DNA of 64,000 nt from Squalus acanthias. Lineage: Eukaryota. The stretch is taken from positions 125,986,001 to 126,050,000 of the forward strand of contig CM059431.1 of the NCBI GenBank assembly GCA_030390025.1. The letters are read 5' to 3'. Each line of letters opens with the position of its first letter. Within the stretch, counting starts at the first letter, position 1. The position numbers were made by a program, and so were the translations under genes. The notes beneath the pieces are model-generated. The model made no database searches. It saw only the letters and a program-made list of their open reading frames with translations, and was not told the DNA's origin. Shown here piece after piece: positions 46,833 through 58,528 of the stretch.

Positions 46833-48756
46833 CTATTTGTGCAGTTTCTTTCTCTTACGCGTGCTCCTACGTGGTGCTTCCCCTGTGGCTTCAGCAGAAG
46901 TGGAGGCCCCCTGCTCACTTTGTTGCTGCTCTTGTCTCAACTCCTTTGGCGGGCATCCTCTGGGGTTGCGAACCTGAGAGGGCTCGGCAACAGTCTGCTG
47001 CTCCTGTGGCTGGGCAGGGGTTGAGACGCCGATCTCACTTGGGTGCGGACTCTGGTGGGGCTCTGACTGAGGACCTATCAGTGGCATGGAAGTGTGAGTG
47101 CTTGGAGAGGAGCCCCCACCTCCTTGTTGTGTGCCACCAACATCCCTCTCATGGGTCAGGTCCACCTCAGCGCTTGCAAGTGGCTTGAGAGCACCTTGCT
47201 GCGCATCAGGGGGGCCATGGGGACCCGTATCTGCACGGGAAGTCCTACTCAGAAGGACTTCCATGAAGGTCTGGTTTCTCTGTTCAATAGATGACCATCG
47301 CTCCTCCAGAGATGTCATTCTATTCAGAACACTCACCATGTTTTCTGCACTCTGGCGACTTATCACCTCCATGGAGGTTGTCATCCTTTCCATGGTGATG
47401 CGTTCATGCGCCAATGACTCCACAAAGGCTCTGCTCATGTTCGCTATGGACTCCTCCATTCGCTCCACACTCTCAGCGACCCTGGAGACAAAACCTGCCA
47501 GAGACTCCTGCATCTGTTCCTGGAGTTCCAGCACCGCTGATCTTATGGATGGACCCTAGGCAGAGGGTCAACATGCAGCTGAGCCGAGCTAGGAGAGTCC
47601 TGCGCCCTCCGACGAGGACTCTCCACTGCTGTCCCTGTCTCCACCATCTGCTGATGCTCACTTGTGAGCTGTGATACACCAGGTGACAACACTACTCTAT
47701 GTCCCGAGGGTCCCACCGAGGTGTGAGTGTCTGCGCTGGTGCTGGGTGCGCTGAGTTCTGCTGATGCTGCGCCCTCAGAGGTTGCAGCTTCCTCTGAGGA
47801 GTCTGTCTGCTCAGGCTCTTCCTCCTGGCTAGTGGGGACGGGTGCTTGCGATGGTCCTGTCGGGGAGAACAGGAAAGAGTCAGTGATGTGATGCCAAGGT
47901 TACATGCACATTGCATATTGCAGATGATCATAAATCCATCTGTTCGAGCTTCAGATTCATTATCAGCGACTCATGCAATGTCAATGAGAGAGATGGAACA
48001 CTATTCAGTCACCAGCTTGCTCTGGTGCACCCGTCTGTCCATCCCTCACTTGCGTTTCCTCCTCTACGCCCACGATCTCCAGGACCGCATCCTCACAGCG
48101 GGTGAGCTGGGCTAATGAGGGTGGGCCTCCTCCTGTCCTGGCTCTTTCCCTTTTATTGTGAGCTCTCTTTTCCTGCAATGAGGGAGACAAGTGGAGTTTG
48201 AGTGAGATTGAAGGTGTGAGTGTAGAGAATCCATAGCATAGATGCTTAGAAGGAGACAAAGATGGATTGAGCTGGCGAGACTAAGGGCCCTCCCTGTGTG
48301 TTGTAAGTTGTTTTCAAAGCATGACAGTGATAGGGAGTGTGAGGGCTGCATAGTCGAATAGTAAGGTGAATGTGACCGATAGAGGGAGAGGAAATGGGTA
48401 AGGGTGCATGGATGTCAGTGTCAAGTGGGATATGGAGGAAGAGGTTGCTAAAGCTGAGTGCTGGTGAGGAGTGGCAATGGGGATCAGATTGAGGGTGAAG
48501 GGAAAGTCATACTCACTTTAGCAGTACGTAGAAGGTCATGAAACCTCTTCTTGCACTGGATCCAGGTTCTGCATGTGAATGATAAAGAGGTGACCTCCTG
48601 GGCGATCTGGACCCACACAGCCTTTGTCTGCTGGGGAGGCTTCTTCCTCCCTGAGGAGGGGAATGACACCTCCCTGTTGGCTCTTGCTCCATCCACCAAA
48701 GCCTGAAGGGCAACGTCATGGAACCTGGGAGCAACCCTGGGCCGTTGGCTGGCCAT
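46833..48756 (-). pseudogene. Harbinger Myb/SANT protein gene: exons 48756-48517, 48172-48013, 47856-46833
   Basis: GT-AG introns with compatible phases (0, 1). Exon 1 is an 80-aa Myb/SANT-like domain. One frameshift near 47555. Basic C-terminus RRSTRKRKKLHK. Confidence 0.88.
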
Positions 48757-49076
48757 TCCTGCTGCAGGTTTTTGGATTAGAGGTCCAAAAGCTTGGCAGC
48801 CTGCAGAGGAAGCAAGGCTTGTTGCAGACCTTAAATGCAGCAGCAATGATGACATCATCGGAGGCGACTTTCAGACTGGAATAACTCATTGGCCATGGAT
48901 TCCCACATGTTGGAACTCAATTGGCCAATTAAGTTAAAATCGCATCATTCATCCACATTAATCTGGAGTCGGGGGGGCAACACGAAATGCGGGTAACACG
49001 ACCCCAACCCGACCCCAAGACAAAATCCAGCCCATAGACTTTTGTCTCACTACCACCTTTTTTGTGCTCAAAAACG

Positions 49077-49756
49077 GGAGCCAATTTTAAGCAGCTGCTA
49101 GTCGCACTAACTTACCGCTGCTTTGATGCCTGTTCCAACGTTGGGGTGGGTGTGAATCCTGGCAGCCATAGCTCCTTCTGAAAATAGGCTGGAACCTCAT
49201 CAATAGGGGTTCAGTGACATCATTTAGACCGCAATGCCATTTTTGTCTTTCCTCTCCTTACTATCCCAACTTCCTTTTCACATATACTAATCATGGGCGG
49301 TACAAGTCAGAAGTCGACCATTTCCAGTGATATTTAAGGGGATCCACAACTGCTGGCAAGTGGATAGAGCTCTTGGAGATATTTTTTCTGGCAGTTGCTT
49401 GTGAGTTTTCCACGTTAATGGATTTGAAAGCTTATATAATTGCTTCTACGGATTCTGCACTCATGTTGCCTGTTACTCCAGGGTGTTGTATCTTTCCGCT
49501 CTCAATGAAAAATACAACACCCCTTTAAGCTGCTGCTGCAGGCCCTTGACAAGCAGCCACATTGCCAGATTCCCAGCCTCCAAATCAGAGAGCTGCCTAT
49601 TGGGTTCGTGTTTCGAACTGGCAGCTCGCTGACTGCACGATAATGAGAGCTGACCATGAAAACTGCAGGGGTACCACACTGATTGCTCCAGGGACCGCAG
49701 TGCACATCCCACCCACAGCCCGCCCATTTACCACATGCTGACAAAAATCATTGCCA
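49077..49756. mobile_element. Degraded Harbinger-like MITE
   Basis: GGGAGCCAATTTT ... AAAATCATTGCC ends. Internal TATTTAAGGGG and CCCTTTAAG modules. Confidence 0.45.
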
Positions 49757-49759
49757 ATT

Positions 49760-50270
49760 GCAATGCCAATGCCATTCTCCTTGCTGGATTCCCAAGTTCC
49801 ACCCGTGACAACTTACAGCGCATCTAAAATACCCCAGCCATGTCCTGTCCCAAACTAAGTCCTGTTACCCTAATACCTCTGTTCTCCCCAAACTCTCATT
49901 GGCTTCCCATTCCCCAACGCCTCAATTTCAAAAGTCTTGTCCTCATCTACACGTCCCACCATGGCTTCACGCCCTCTTACTTCTGCAATCTCCTTCAGCC
50001 CTCAATTTCAGCATGTTTTTTATACTCTTCTGACTCTGGTCTCCTTTGTTTCAGCAATAGAGCTTTCAGCTATTTTAGCCACACCTTCTGGAATGCTCTC
50101 CCTAAGCGCTGCAGTCCTACAAAAGCCTCAGTAAAACCTCTGAACTTGCTTTTGAATGCCATTCCCAACCCTCTCCCACTGTTGCTTGGAGTCTGGTTAT
50201 CTTTTCACCCTTGTAAAATGCTTTGCAACATTTTACTACATTAAAAGTACTATAAAAGTGCAAGTTTTTG
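49760..50270 (+). mobile_element. L2 LINE 3' end (continuation of 44570-44807)
   Basis: HWLPIPQRLNFKSLVLIY..RAFSY..WNALP is the L2 ORF2 C-terminus. Confidence 0.8.
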
Positions 50271-51279
50271 TCAGTATTGAGAATCAATCATTATGTAGAA
50301 AATTACAATGATTAAAAGGGAAGAATAAATGTAATAAATATTTAATATCAAAGCTCGATCTCTCCTGGGCAGAAATAACTTTACGATGAATGTTGCCCTA
50401 GATTACTGCATCTCAAGATTTACCTATCTCCATCACTGCAATTTTTATTTGGTTCCCATTATAAGTAACTGAGCAGGTTCATTTGAAGGGAAAGAAAGGA
50501 GTTCAAAACTGACCAATGAGTAGCTCAACTTGATGTATGGTCATTTCAGTCACCAACCACATGATCTAAATGTTCTTATGAATTCAGGTAAAATATTGCA
50601 CGTTTTTCCTTTTGAACCATCTGTTGTGCATAAACAGCTATACCCTCAGAAAAGAAACCTGACCCAATTTGCTCCTTATACCTATGGGACCTCACATTTG
50701 GAATGATATCTGCTGGAAAGTTGTGCTCCTCAAAGCTTTCTCACATCTCTCCGATCTACACTAACAGAGGTCCCCCAAAGATGTTGCACAAGGTAGTGCT
50801 CCAAAGCTTGTACCAGCTGAAAAGTGTCAATTCTTTACTTATTTAAATCATTCCAGTAAATATTGGAAGAATTTTAGTTGGATTGCAGTCCTTTTTTCAA
50901 TATACTGCAGATCTGCTATTTTTTTTAAATAAATTCAGTTAAGAACCCCATGAATAAAATTAGTTTTGTGTGTCTTTTCTTTTGGAAATGAATGTAAAAA
51001 TGGCAATTTAATTAAGCTAGCTCACAATGCACAGTGTCAGAAGCTATCAAAGGTTTTGTACATGTCAGGCAATGACAAATTAATTACTGTTTAATATTAG
51101 AGTTCAGGTTACGATGAGATAGGTTTTGATGAAAAAGGCTCACATCCTTGCAGAATAGAAATCCCACCATCTTCCAGCGGGATGTAATGTAGGTAAGGTC
51201 AGGGGAGCAACCATGGTGAAAGCCATCTTGTCAAGCATGCATTGGGCTAGACTGTTCAAGTGAAAGATGATTTAAGAGT

Positions 51280-51380
51280 AAACAACAGTTTCCATCAGCT
51301 TAGGAAGTTCAGAGGATATGGTAATAGGGCAGTAGTTGGAAAGGATAAAAGAGATATTTACTCCTAGAGATTGGATGAAC
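51280..51380 (-). mobile_element. Small ancient L2 RT fragment
   Basis: LSNYCPITISSELPKLMETVV resembles NYRPIS..LSKILEKVV. Confidence 0.45.
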
Positions 51381-51832
51381 CAGCAAATTTCCAAACTTTG
51401 GGTAGTTAGGGCTGAACATTTTCCTTCAAATTGTTCACATTTTTTTCCCCGATTTTGTACCATTGATTGAAGGATGTTGTCAGATAAACTGAAAGTATCA
51501 TGAACTATAACAGGATAATTGTAGTCAGGGATGGTTATCATTAGGGTAAGTATTGTCTTTGAAGGGTTTCACTATTTTCTTCTGCTTTGTACTCTCAAAA
51601 AGTTTAATCAATATGATACAAATGAACTCACATGTAATTTTGTAAAGCTAATGCCTAATTTAGGTACTGCACTTATCTCATCTCAAATTACAGAGGTGTT
51701 AAAAGTTGTCATGTTCTGCCCTTTCAGGAATTAGTTTCTTAAAGGTGAACTGTTTACATTTTGATTGCTGCAAGAAAAATTGTCAAATTAGATATCGTGT
51801 TCTGTGCACCTTTATCCCTAAGGTTTTGGAAG

Positions 51833-52294
51833 AAAAGAAAGACTTGCATTTAAGTAGCGCCTTTTACGACCACCGGACATCCCAAAGCACTTTACAGCCA
51901 ATGAAGTACTTTTTTTTGAAGTGTAGTCACTGTTGTAATGTAGGAAATGCAGCAGCCAATTTGCACTCAGCAAGCTCCCACAAACAGCAATGTGATAATG
52001 ACCAGATATTCTGTTTTTGTTATGTTGATTGAGGGATAAATATTGACCAGGACACCCGGAATAATTCCCCTGCTCTTCTTCGAAATAGTGCCATGGGATC
52101 TTTTACGTCTACCTGAGAGGGCAGACGGGGCCTTGGTTTAACGTCTCATTCAAAAGATGACACCTCCGACAGTGCAGCAGTCCTTCAGTACTGCTCTGGA
52201 GTATCAACCTAGATTTTTGTACTCATGTCTCTGGAGTGGGCCTTGAACCCACAGCCTTTAGACTCAGAGGCAAGGGTGCTACCAACTGAGCCAC
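51833..52294 (-). mobile_element. SacSINE1-like Deu-SINE (tRNA head, L2-like tail)
   Basis: Reverse strand GTGGCTCAGTTGGTAGCAC..GGGTTCAAGGCCC, then GCACTGTCGGAGGTGTCATCTTTTGAATGAGACGTTAAACC..GTAAAAGATCCCATGGCACTATTTCGAAGAAGAGCAGGGG. Confidence 0.85.
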
Positions 52295-52329
52295 TGGAAG
52301 GCCAAAGAAGAGGATGAATGAAAGGTTGC

Positions 52330-54110
52330 TAGGGAGTTTCACCTGGACCATATCCACCATTATCCACTAAGTCATGCTTATAGACCAGTTATAGCACTCT
52401 GGGAATGTCAACAAAAAACTGCTTTTGTAGGCTAATGTTCACCTGGGAAGCAATGACAGATTTGTGCCACATGCTACAATCTGATCTGCAGACAATCTCA
52501 ATCACAAGTACTGCACTGCCAATGGAAATAAAGGTCACAACCATCCTAAACTTCAAAGCGCTTGGACCCTTGCACACTGCCAAAGGGAAACCTGCAACAT
52601 TAATCAATCAGCAACACACAGATGCAGCAAACACATCACTGATGCTTTGCCCATCAGGACAAATTTCTTCCTTACTTTAGCTGGGATAAAGCAACATTAG
52701 AATAAGAAGGCAGTGCAATTCTTCCAAATATCAACAGGATTCCCAAAAGTCTAAGGGGGAAAAATTTGGTTGGTTAGCACCGCCCGTTAGCGCCTCCGGG
52801 GGATGCTAATGGGGCACTAGGAACTTAGCGTCCGAGCACGGCGATTTTAGCGCCGCTCGCGAGATTGACCAGTCGTTTTGCGGCTGCACTAAACACTACT
52901 GCCACGATCCCCTGCACCCGCAGGTTGTGACGTCAGTCAAGCGTGCAACGCCCCGGAAGCGCCCCGGACCGGATATTGAGTCGCGCCCCCTGCCTTAGTG
53001 CCTGCCGCAAGGAACGACAGGTAGAGGGGAACGTTTTCAAGTTGGGGAAGGCTGGAGGAGCACTATTTAAAGGCGGGCGCTTCCTGCCTTTTCTTGTCGG
53101 CAAGTTTTGGTTTTAACGCTTTCCTAAGGAGTTTTGGCCCTTAGCACCACTTTTGAGATTCCTAAGTGCCGAGCTCTTTCCCTGGGCCTATCCATTAGTG
53201 CTTCCAAAACAATTGCTTTTGAGGTCTCTCCAGGCCGAAATTCAAGGCTGCAATGAGCAGGGTGTGGCTGGCCTGCAAGATGGCCCCTCCTCTTTAAGAA
53301 TTGGATGGCGCTAGTCTGTCTGGCTTCCATGGTAACTGGCGTCGCCTGAGCTTCGGTAACATTCTGAGGTAGCGCCTCGCTCCCTGACATTTGCGCCTTA
53401 AGAGAGGTGTGTAGCACCTGATTTAGCGCTCAAATCACCTCCAGGGGTGATAGAGGTGAATTTTGCAGTCGGAGGCGATAATTAGCGCCAGGTGCTAAAC
53501 TTTGCGCCCAGCCGATATTAGCTCCCCAAAATGGGTGATACCGAATTTTTCCCCCTAAGTCATAATCAACAGCACCAATGTGACTATCCAGCCCCCAAAA
53601 CACTATTGAACTCTAATCACTTTCATTCCATCCATGTCCAAAAGGTCAGTGACCAACAGCGTAAGAATCATGCAATGCAATGCTTGCTTCCCAGGCAGGA
53701 TTCTTTTACATTAAGGCAATCCTCTATGCCTAGGCTATTTGATGTAGGAGATATATTTGAAGGTTGGATCCGAAGGGACAAAGGTTATCCTCTGCAGCCT
53801 AGGCTGATGACATTTGCAAAGCCCATGGTTAGAAAGTGAATGTAAGTGCAACAATGCTCATAAATCTACCAAGATGCTCATACAAAAGACCTTTGTCATC
53901 TTGAAACAGTGCTTAAGATTGCTGTGCAGGTTAGGAGAATAGTGCAGTACAGTCCTGCCAGGATCTCCAAGTTCATTGGTGTATGGTGCATGCTCCACAA
54001 TTTTACTATCTAAAGAGACCTATGGAGAACTAAGGAGGAGTTGAAGGAGGAGGAGGCCTATCAGCAGGTAATACCAGAGGAGGATTCTGACAACAACACT
54101 GAAAATATTA
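52330..54110 (+). mobile_element. Old degraded Harbinger transposase, split by a MITE
   Basis: LCHMLQSDLQ..ALPMEIKVTTILNF, GWIRRDKGYPLQPRLMT, QYSPARISKFI..CMLHNF. Confidence 0.75.
52755..53555. mobile_element. Harbinger-type MITE (801 bp)
   Basis: 16-bp TIR GGGGGAAAAATT(T/C)GGT and perfect TAA TSD. Confidence 0.93.
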
Positions 54111-54919
54111 CTGCAGAAACAGCTTTGCAGCCAGGAAGAGTAGTAAATCAAGCTTTCACCAAGGTGGCTGACCTCTCCATTTAACCAACAGATCTGCCCA
54201 CATGTGAACTGTGCAGTGGCTCAAAACACCAACCGTAGCCCAGCATCTGACCCTTTCTTTCATGGCTGCTAAAGTGGATGTAATGCTGTATGAGATGTTT
54301 GTGAGGATTGTACTTGTTCATAAAGAGTGCAAGATTAAAATGGCACAAAAAGGAGACCTTCAACATTGCACTGATAATGGTTTAATTGGAGCTAGGTTGC
54401 CCCAAAGTTTGTTGCTAGAAAAAGTTGGAACCCTGGACATGGAACTCAAAAGAAAGTACAGAGCCAATTTAGAAAAGGAAGCTCCTTCCCCTGTCCTCAT
54501 GTTCTTATCATCACTTATATCTTGATGCAAAATGAGATTGGCACAAATTATAAAAGGTCACTTGTATATAACCTTCAATTTGAATGTAGTTTGTTTACAT
54601 AGCTTAAGCTATTTTATTATAAATAGATAAGCAGAATTATAATTCGTTTCATTTTCTTCACAATCAACAAACACCTCATTTTGATTAATGGCTTTAATAT
54701 ACTTTGAACAGCTCAGATTAGCTACTGCTTGCTTCTGAACAATTTAACTCCAAAATGAAACAATCTTGCACTTAAAGGTGAAGGAAAGTCTTCAAATTAC
54801 CCTTTTTAACAGGGACCTGTCATACTGAGTATGTCATGCAACCAGTCAGCAGTATATTTTCCCATGGTCAGGTGCCTCTCGATCAGCTCTCAATCTGGTC
54901 AAAAAACAGCAATGAAAGG

Positions 54920-55338
54920 AAGCACGTGCATTTATATTGCACCTTTCACGAACTCAGGACATCCCAAAGCACTTTACAACCAAGGAAGTTCATTGTTGTA
55001 ATATAGCAAAACTTGCACAGCAAGGTTCCACAAACAGCAATGAGATTAATGACCAGATAAACTGTTTTAATGATATTAGTTGATGGATAAATATTGGCCA
55101 GAATACCGGGAGAACTCCCCTTCTCTTCTTTGAAAAGTACCGTGGGATCTTTTACGTTCACATAAGAGGGCAGTTTAATTTCTCATCCGAAAGGTGACAT
55201 CTCCGACAGTGCAGCCATCACTCAGTGCTGCACTGGAGTATCAGCCTGGATTATGCGCTCAAGTCTCTGGAGTTGGGTTTGAACCTATGGCATTCTGAAT
55301 CAGAGGCGAGAGTGCTACCAATGAGCCACGGCTGACAC
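54920..55338 (-). mobile_element. SacSINE1-like Deu-SINE (copy 2)
   Basis: Colinear with 51833-52294. Head GTGTCAGCCGTGGCTCATTGGTAGCAC. Confidence 0.85.
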
Positions 55339-55774
55339 CAAAAGCCAATAAATAAATGAAACCAATCTGGGATTTCTCACCTTCGCTGAAGTCTCGAGGA
55401 TGCCTGGAGGGAAGGAGACCTAACATAACAGGTCTCAGCTAGGGCGGCAAATTTGTAGTTTTCTTTTCTTTAATATATTGAAAATGTGGCATCTAGCGCA
55501 CACTTCCTGTTTGCCATAGTCATTTCCTGTTGTCACTTGTTTGCAATCAGACTTTTGCTGTTACACATTTGCATAAACTTTCACGATAAACTTTGTAGAT
55601 TGACTTAAAGTAAAACAGCAGCAAATCTGAACTGAAAAAGTAGTGAACATATTAATCAAAAGCAACAAAATCGATCAGTTAGAAACTACTAATGACACGA
55701 AAACAACCAATTTTGAATAATCAGTCAACAAAGCATACTAATCAAAAAAAAAAGTTAAAAGAATTGAAACATAA

Positions 55775-56463
55775 GGGGGAATTTTAACTTTTTGACACAT
55801 CAGGAGGGGGTGGGGGGGGTGGGGTGGCCGGTAGTGCAAAACCTGGAAGTCTGGAAGCATGCGTCTGATGTCACTGACAGGTTCGCGCCCGGAAATCAGT
55901 CTGATTGACAGGCTTCACTTCTAGTCGGGCAGGGGATGTTGGAGAAGAGGCCGTAGGACCAGGTAGGTCTGATCCCCAACCCCGGGGAGGCTGTCCGATC
56001 CCGGTGGGTATCCGATCCCTGACCCCAGGGGAGGGTCCGATCCTGAGGGTGTCTGATCCCTGACCCCGGGGGGAATCCAAGCCCGGGGGGAGGGGAGGGG
56101 GGGTCTGATGGTGGGGGAGCTTGTGGGCTGGGAGGAAGCACTCCTGCTCTTCCTGGCCCACAAGGTGCTCCCCAAGGCTGTTCTCGCCTCCCTGCAGCTG
56201 TTGCTTTCCCTGAGGCCCAGGAAACACGGCTGGCCACAGTAAAACCTGCAAGGCAGGTTAAATCCGAGGCTTCCAGCCTCATTAACATATTTAAATTGCC
56301 AATCTGCCTCCTGGGAGCGTGTTGGCTGCCCACCCCTCGTCCCGCCTGAGTAAAAGCTGGAAGTCGGCAGGTTGTAGCCAGCTTTCTGGCATGCTTCCAT
56401 TTTTTGGCCATTTAACCCCCCACCCGCACCAGTACACCTGCTCCCCATGTTAAAATTCCCACC
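55775..56463. mobile_element. Harbinger-like MITE with internal GC-rich tandem repeats
   Basis: TIR GGGGGAATTTTAAC / GTTAAAATTCCCACC. Repeated TC(C/T)GATCCCTGACCCC units at 55968-56070. Confidence 0.75.
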
Positions 56464-56524
56464 ATAATTTGAGAACAATTTTTACAGCATTTTTTCTTCA
56501 CAATTGAAATTTCTCATCTAAATT

Positions 56525-56699
56525 AAGCTTTTAAATAAGCATATGAGGGAGAAGGGAATAGAGGGTTAAGCTGACAGAGTTAGATGAGGAAAGACGGGAG
56601 GAGGCTCAAGTAGAGCATAAACACTGGTTGGACTGGTTGGGGCGAATGGCCTGTTTCTGTGCTGTATATCCTATGTAATCCTATGTAAACCTATGTAAA
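56525..56699 (+). mobile_element. CR1 extreme 3' end
   Basis: Nearly identical to 32130-32303. (CCTATGTAA)n tail. Confidence 0.9.
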
Positions 56700-57436
56700 T
56701 AAAGATGGGTACCAAATAAATTGCTCTGAAAAATTTCTGAAAATTCTTCCAGTACAACTTATATTTTCTCAGTAACTGAAAAAACTAAAGTTGAAATTCT
56801 TACATTTATTTTGGTGCAAAAATTGCCCAATCTGAGTGGACAGGAGGATTTCAGAGAGAACCCATTTCAACTGGGCCACATCCCCATTCTGGCTCCAAGG
56901 CAGAATTTCAACAGTGGGGGTGGGGGGTTGGGGAATCCTTCCATCCTACCCTACCCCTCCCTCCATAGTGACATCACTGTGAAAGGCAGGATTGATGGAA
57001 TGACATTCCCTGACAATTCCACCTGGAATACAGCCAACATACCATGTGACTGCATGATGCAGGCACACTTGCCATACAGCAACTGTAAGTGGGGGGCACA
57101 ATGCCATTTCCCAATGCCAATTGATGTCTGAGAAATTAATTGCCATTAGGAAAGCAACACCAAAACCAAGGAGTACCTTCGGGAAGAAAAATGTTTTTCA
57201 GCCTATTCGGGACACCCTATGGAGAAGAAGCACAGGGAGCACTGTAAAGGATACATGTGCCAACCTCTTTTATGCATTGACCCCATCCCTGAGATCTGGA
57301 TTGGGGTCAGCACTGGGGATGACTGGTGGGCAGATGTTCTTCTCCACTACACTGCCAGTGCAGCAGCGGTTCATGAGGAATTTCCAGTTTAAGATTTGTA
57401 ACATAATAAAGCAAGTAAAAATTATTTAATTATAAT

Positions 57437-58199
57437 GGGCCAGAAATTCAGCTTTCCGGCTTCCTGTCGGTGCAAGCATCACGCGCGTACTTGCCTACCG
57501 CGCCTGCAGTTGTGCTTTGGGCCCACGAGGACTTCGGGTCCTCGGCCTCCTCCAGCTGCAGGTGCGCAGTGCTTGTGTATCCCAGGGGCGCAGTTAGTTC
57601 GAAGCGTCCCCTGGGATCACGTGGGCCATGGAGAGCCAATCCTAGCAGGGTATTTTCATTCATAGATTTGACAGGAAGACCTGTCAAATCTATGAATAGA
57701 GATCGGCCCCAAAACTACACTTAAACTTCAAATATTTTTTTTTTTAAATCACATTTTTAAAATAACTATAAGTTAAATAAATTAACTACTTTAAACAAAA
57801 ATTAAAATTTTTGAAAAAATTAATTATACTTTGTAACGGTGCTAAAAATAAACGTACCTTTCTTTAAAGTATCTAAAAAAGATAAACCTGTTGAAAAATT
57901 TTTTAAATTGTAATTAATTAACCAGTTACCTTGTTAAAAACAGGCCTTGCGCCTCCTTTTTTAAAGCGCAGCTTCTTCATACTTACCTTCCCGGAGAAAC
58001 CTGAAAAAAAAATCGAAGTTCGCTGCGTGCGTGCAGCCTCTCCCGTGCACGCGTTCGACTTCTGAACCCCTCCCTTCAGGGGAACGGAAGTTCCAGTTTC
58101 CCGCGCATGCGCAGTGCATGCAGGAAACTGGCACTTCAGATGGCCTTACGGGTGAGTACACAGCACGTACTCACCCGACAACAGCCGAATTTCTGGCCC
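57437..58199 (-). mobile_element. About 760-bp MITE, AT-rich core family (copy 2)
   Basis: Perfect 13-bp TIR GGGCCAGAAATTC / GAATTTCTGGCCC. Reverse complement of 61879-62645. Confidence 0.9.
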
Positions 58200-58528
58200 T
58201 TTATGATTAAAACTTAACAAAGTTTTGTTGTATTATCTGACTTTGAGTATGTTCATTAATATTTCACTCAGAGGCCTCTGAAAGCCCAGGGTTTGAACTG
58301 ATATTCTTCCAAAGCTGTTCTATTCCAGCTGGAAATATAACAGCAACTCCCCGAAAGTTCCTGTGCTTCAAATTCACAGCATGCTATAATCTGAATATAG
58401 GTACTGTACCTCAACAACACTTCTCTCAACCCCTCCATCGTTTCTATATTGTCAGACTGCTTGTCCGACATCCAGTACTGGATGAGCAGAATTTCTTCCA
58501 ACTAAATATTGGGTAGACCGAAGCCATT

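Larger units (their letters stand above)
44808..49033. mobile_element. Full-length PIF/Harbinger transposon (4.2 kb), lightly mutated
   Basis: Perfect 13-bp TIR GGGCTGGATTTTG / CAAAATCCAGCCC. Convergent transposase (+) and Myb gene (-). Inserted in an L2 relic. Confidence 0.96.

Noticed and set aside
54211..54525. 104-aa ORF in unique sequence
   Set aside because: Non-ATG start, no recognisable motif and no convincing splice context.
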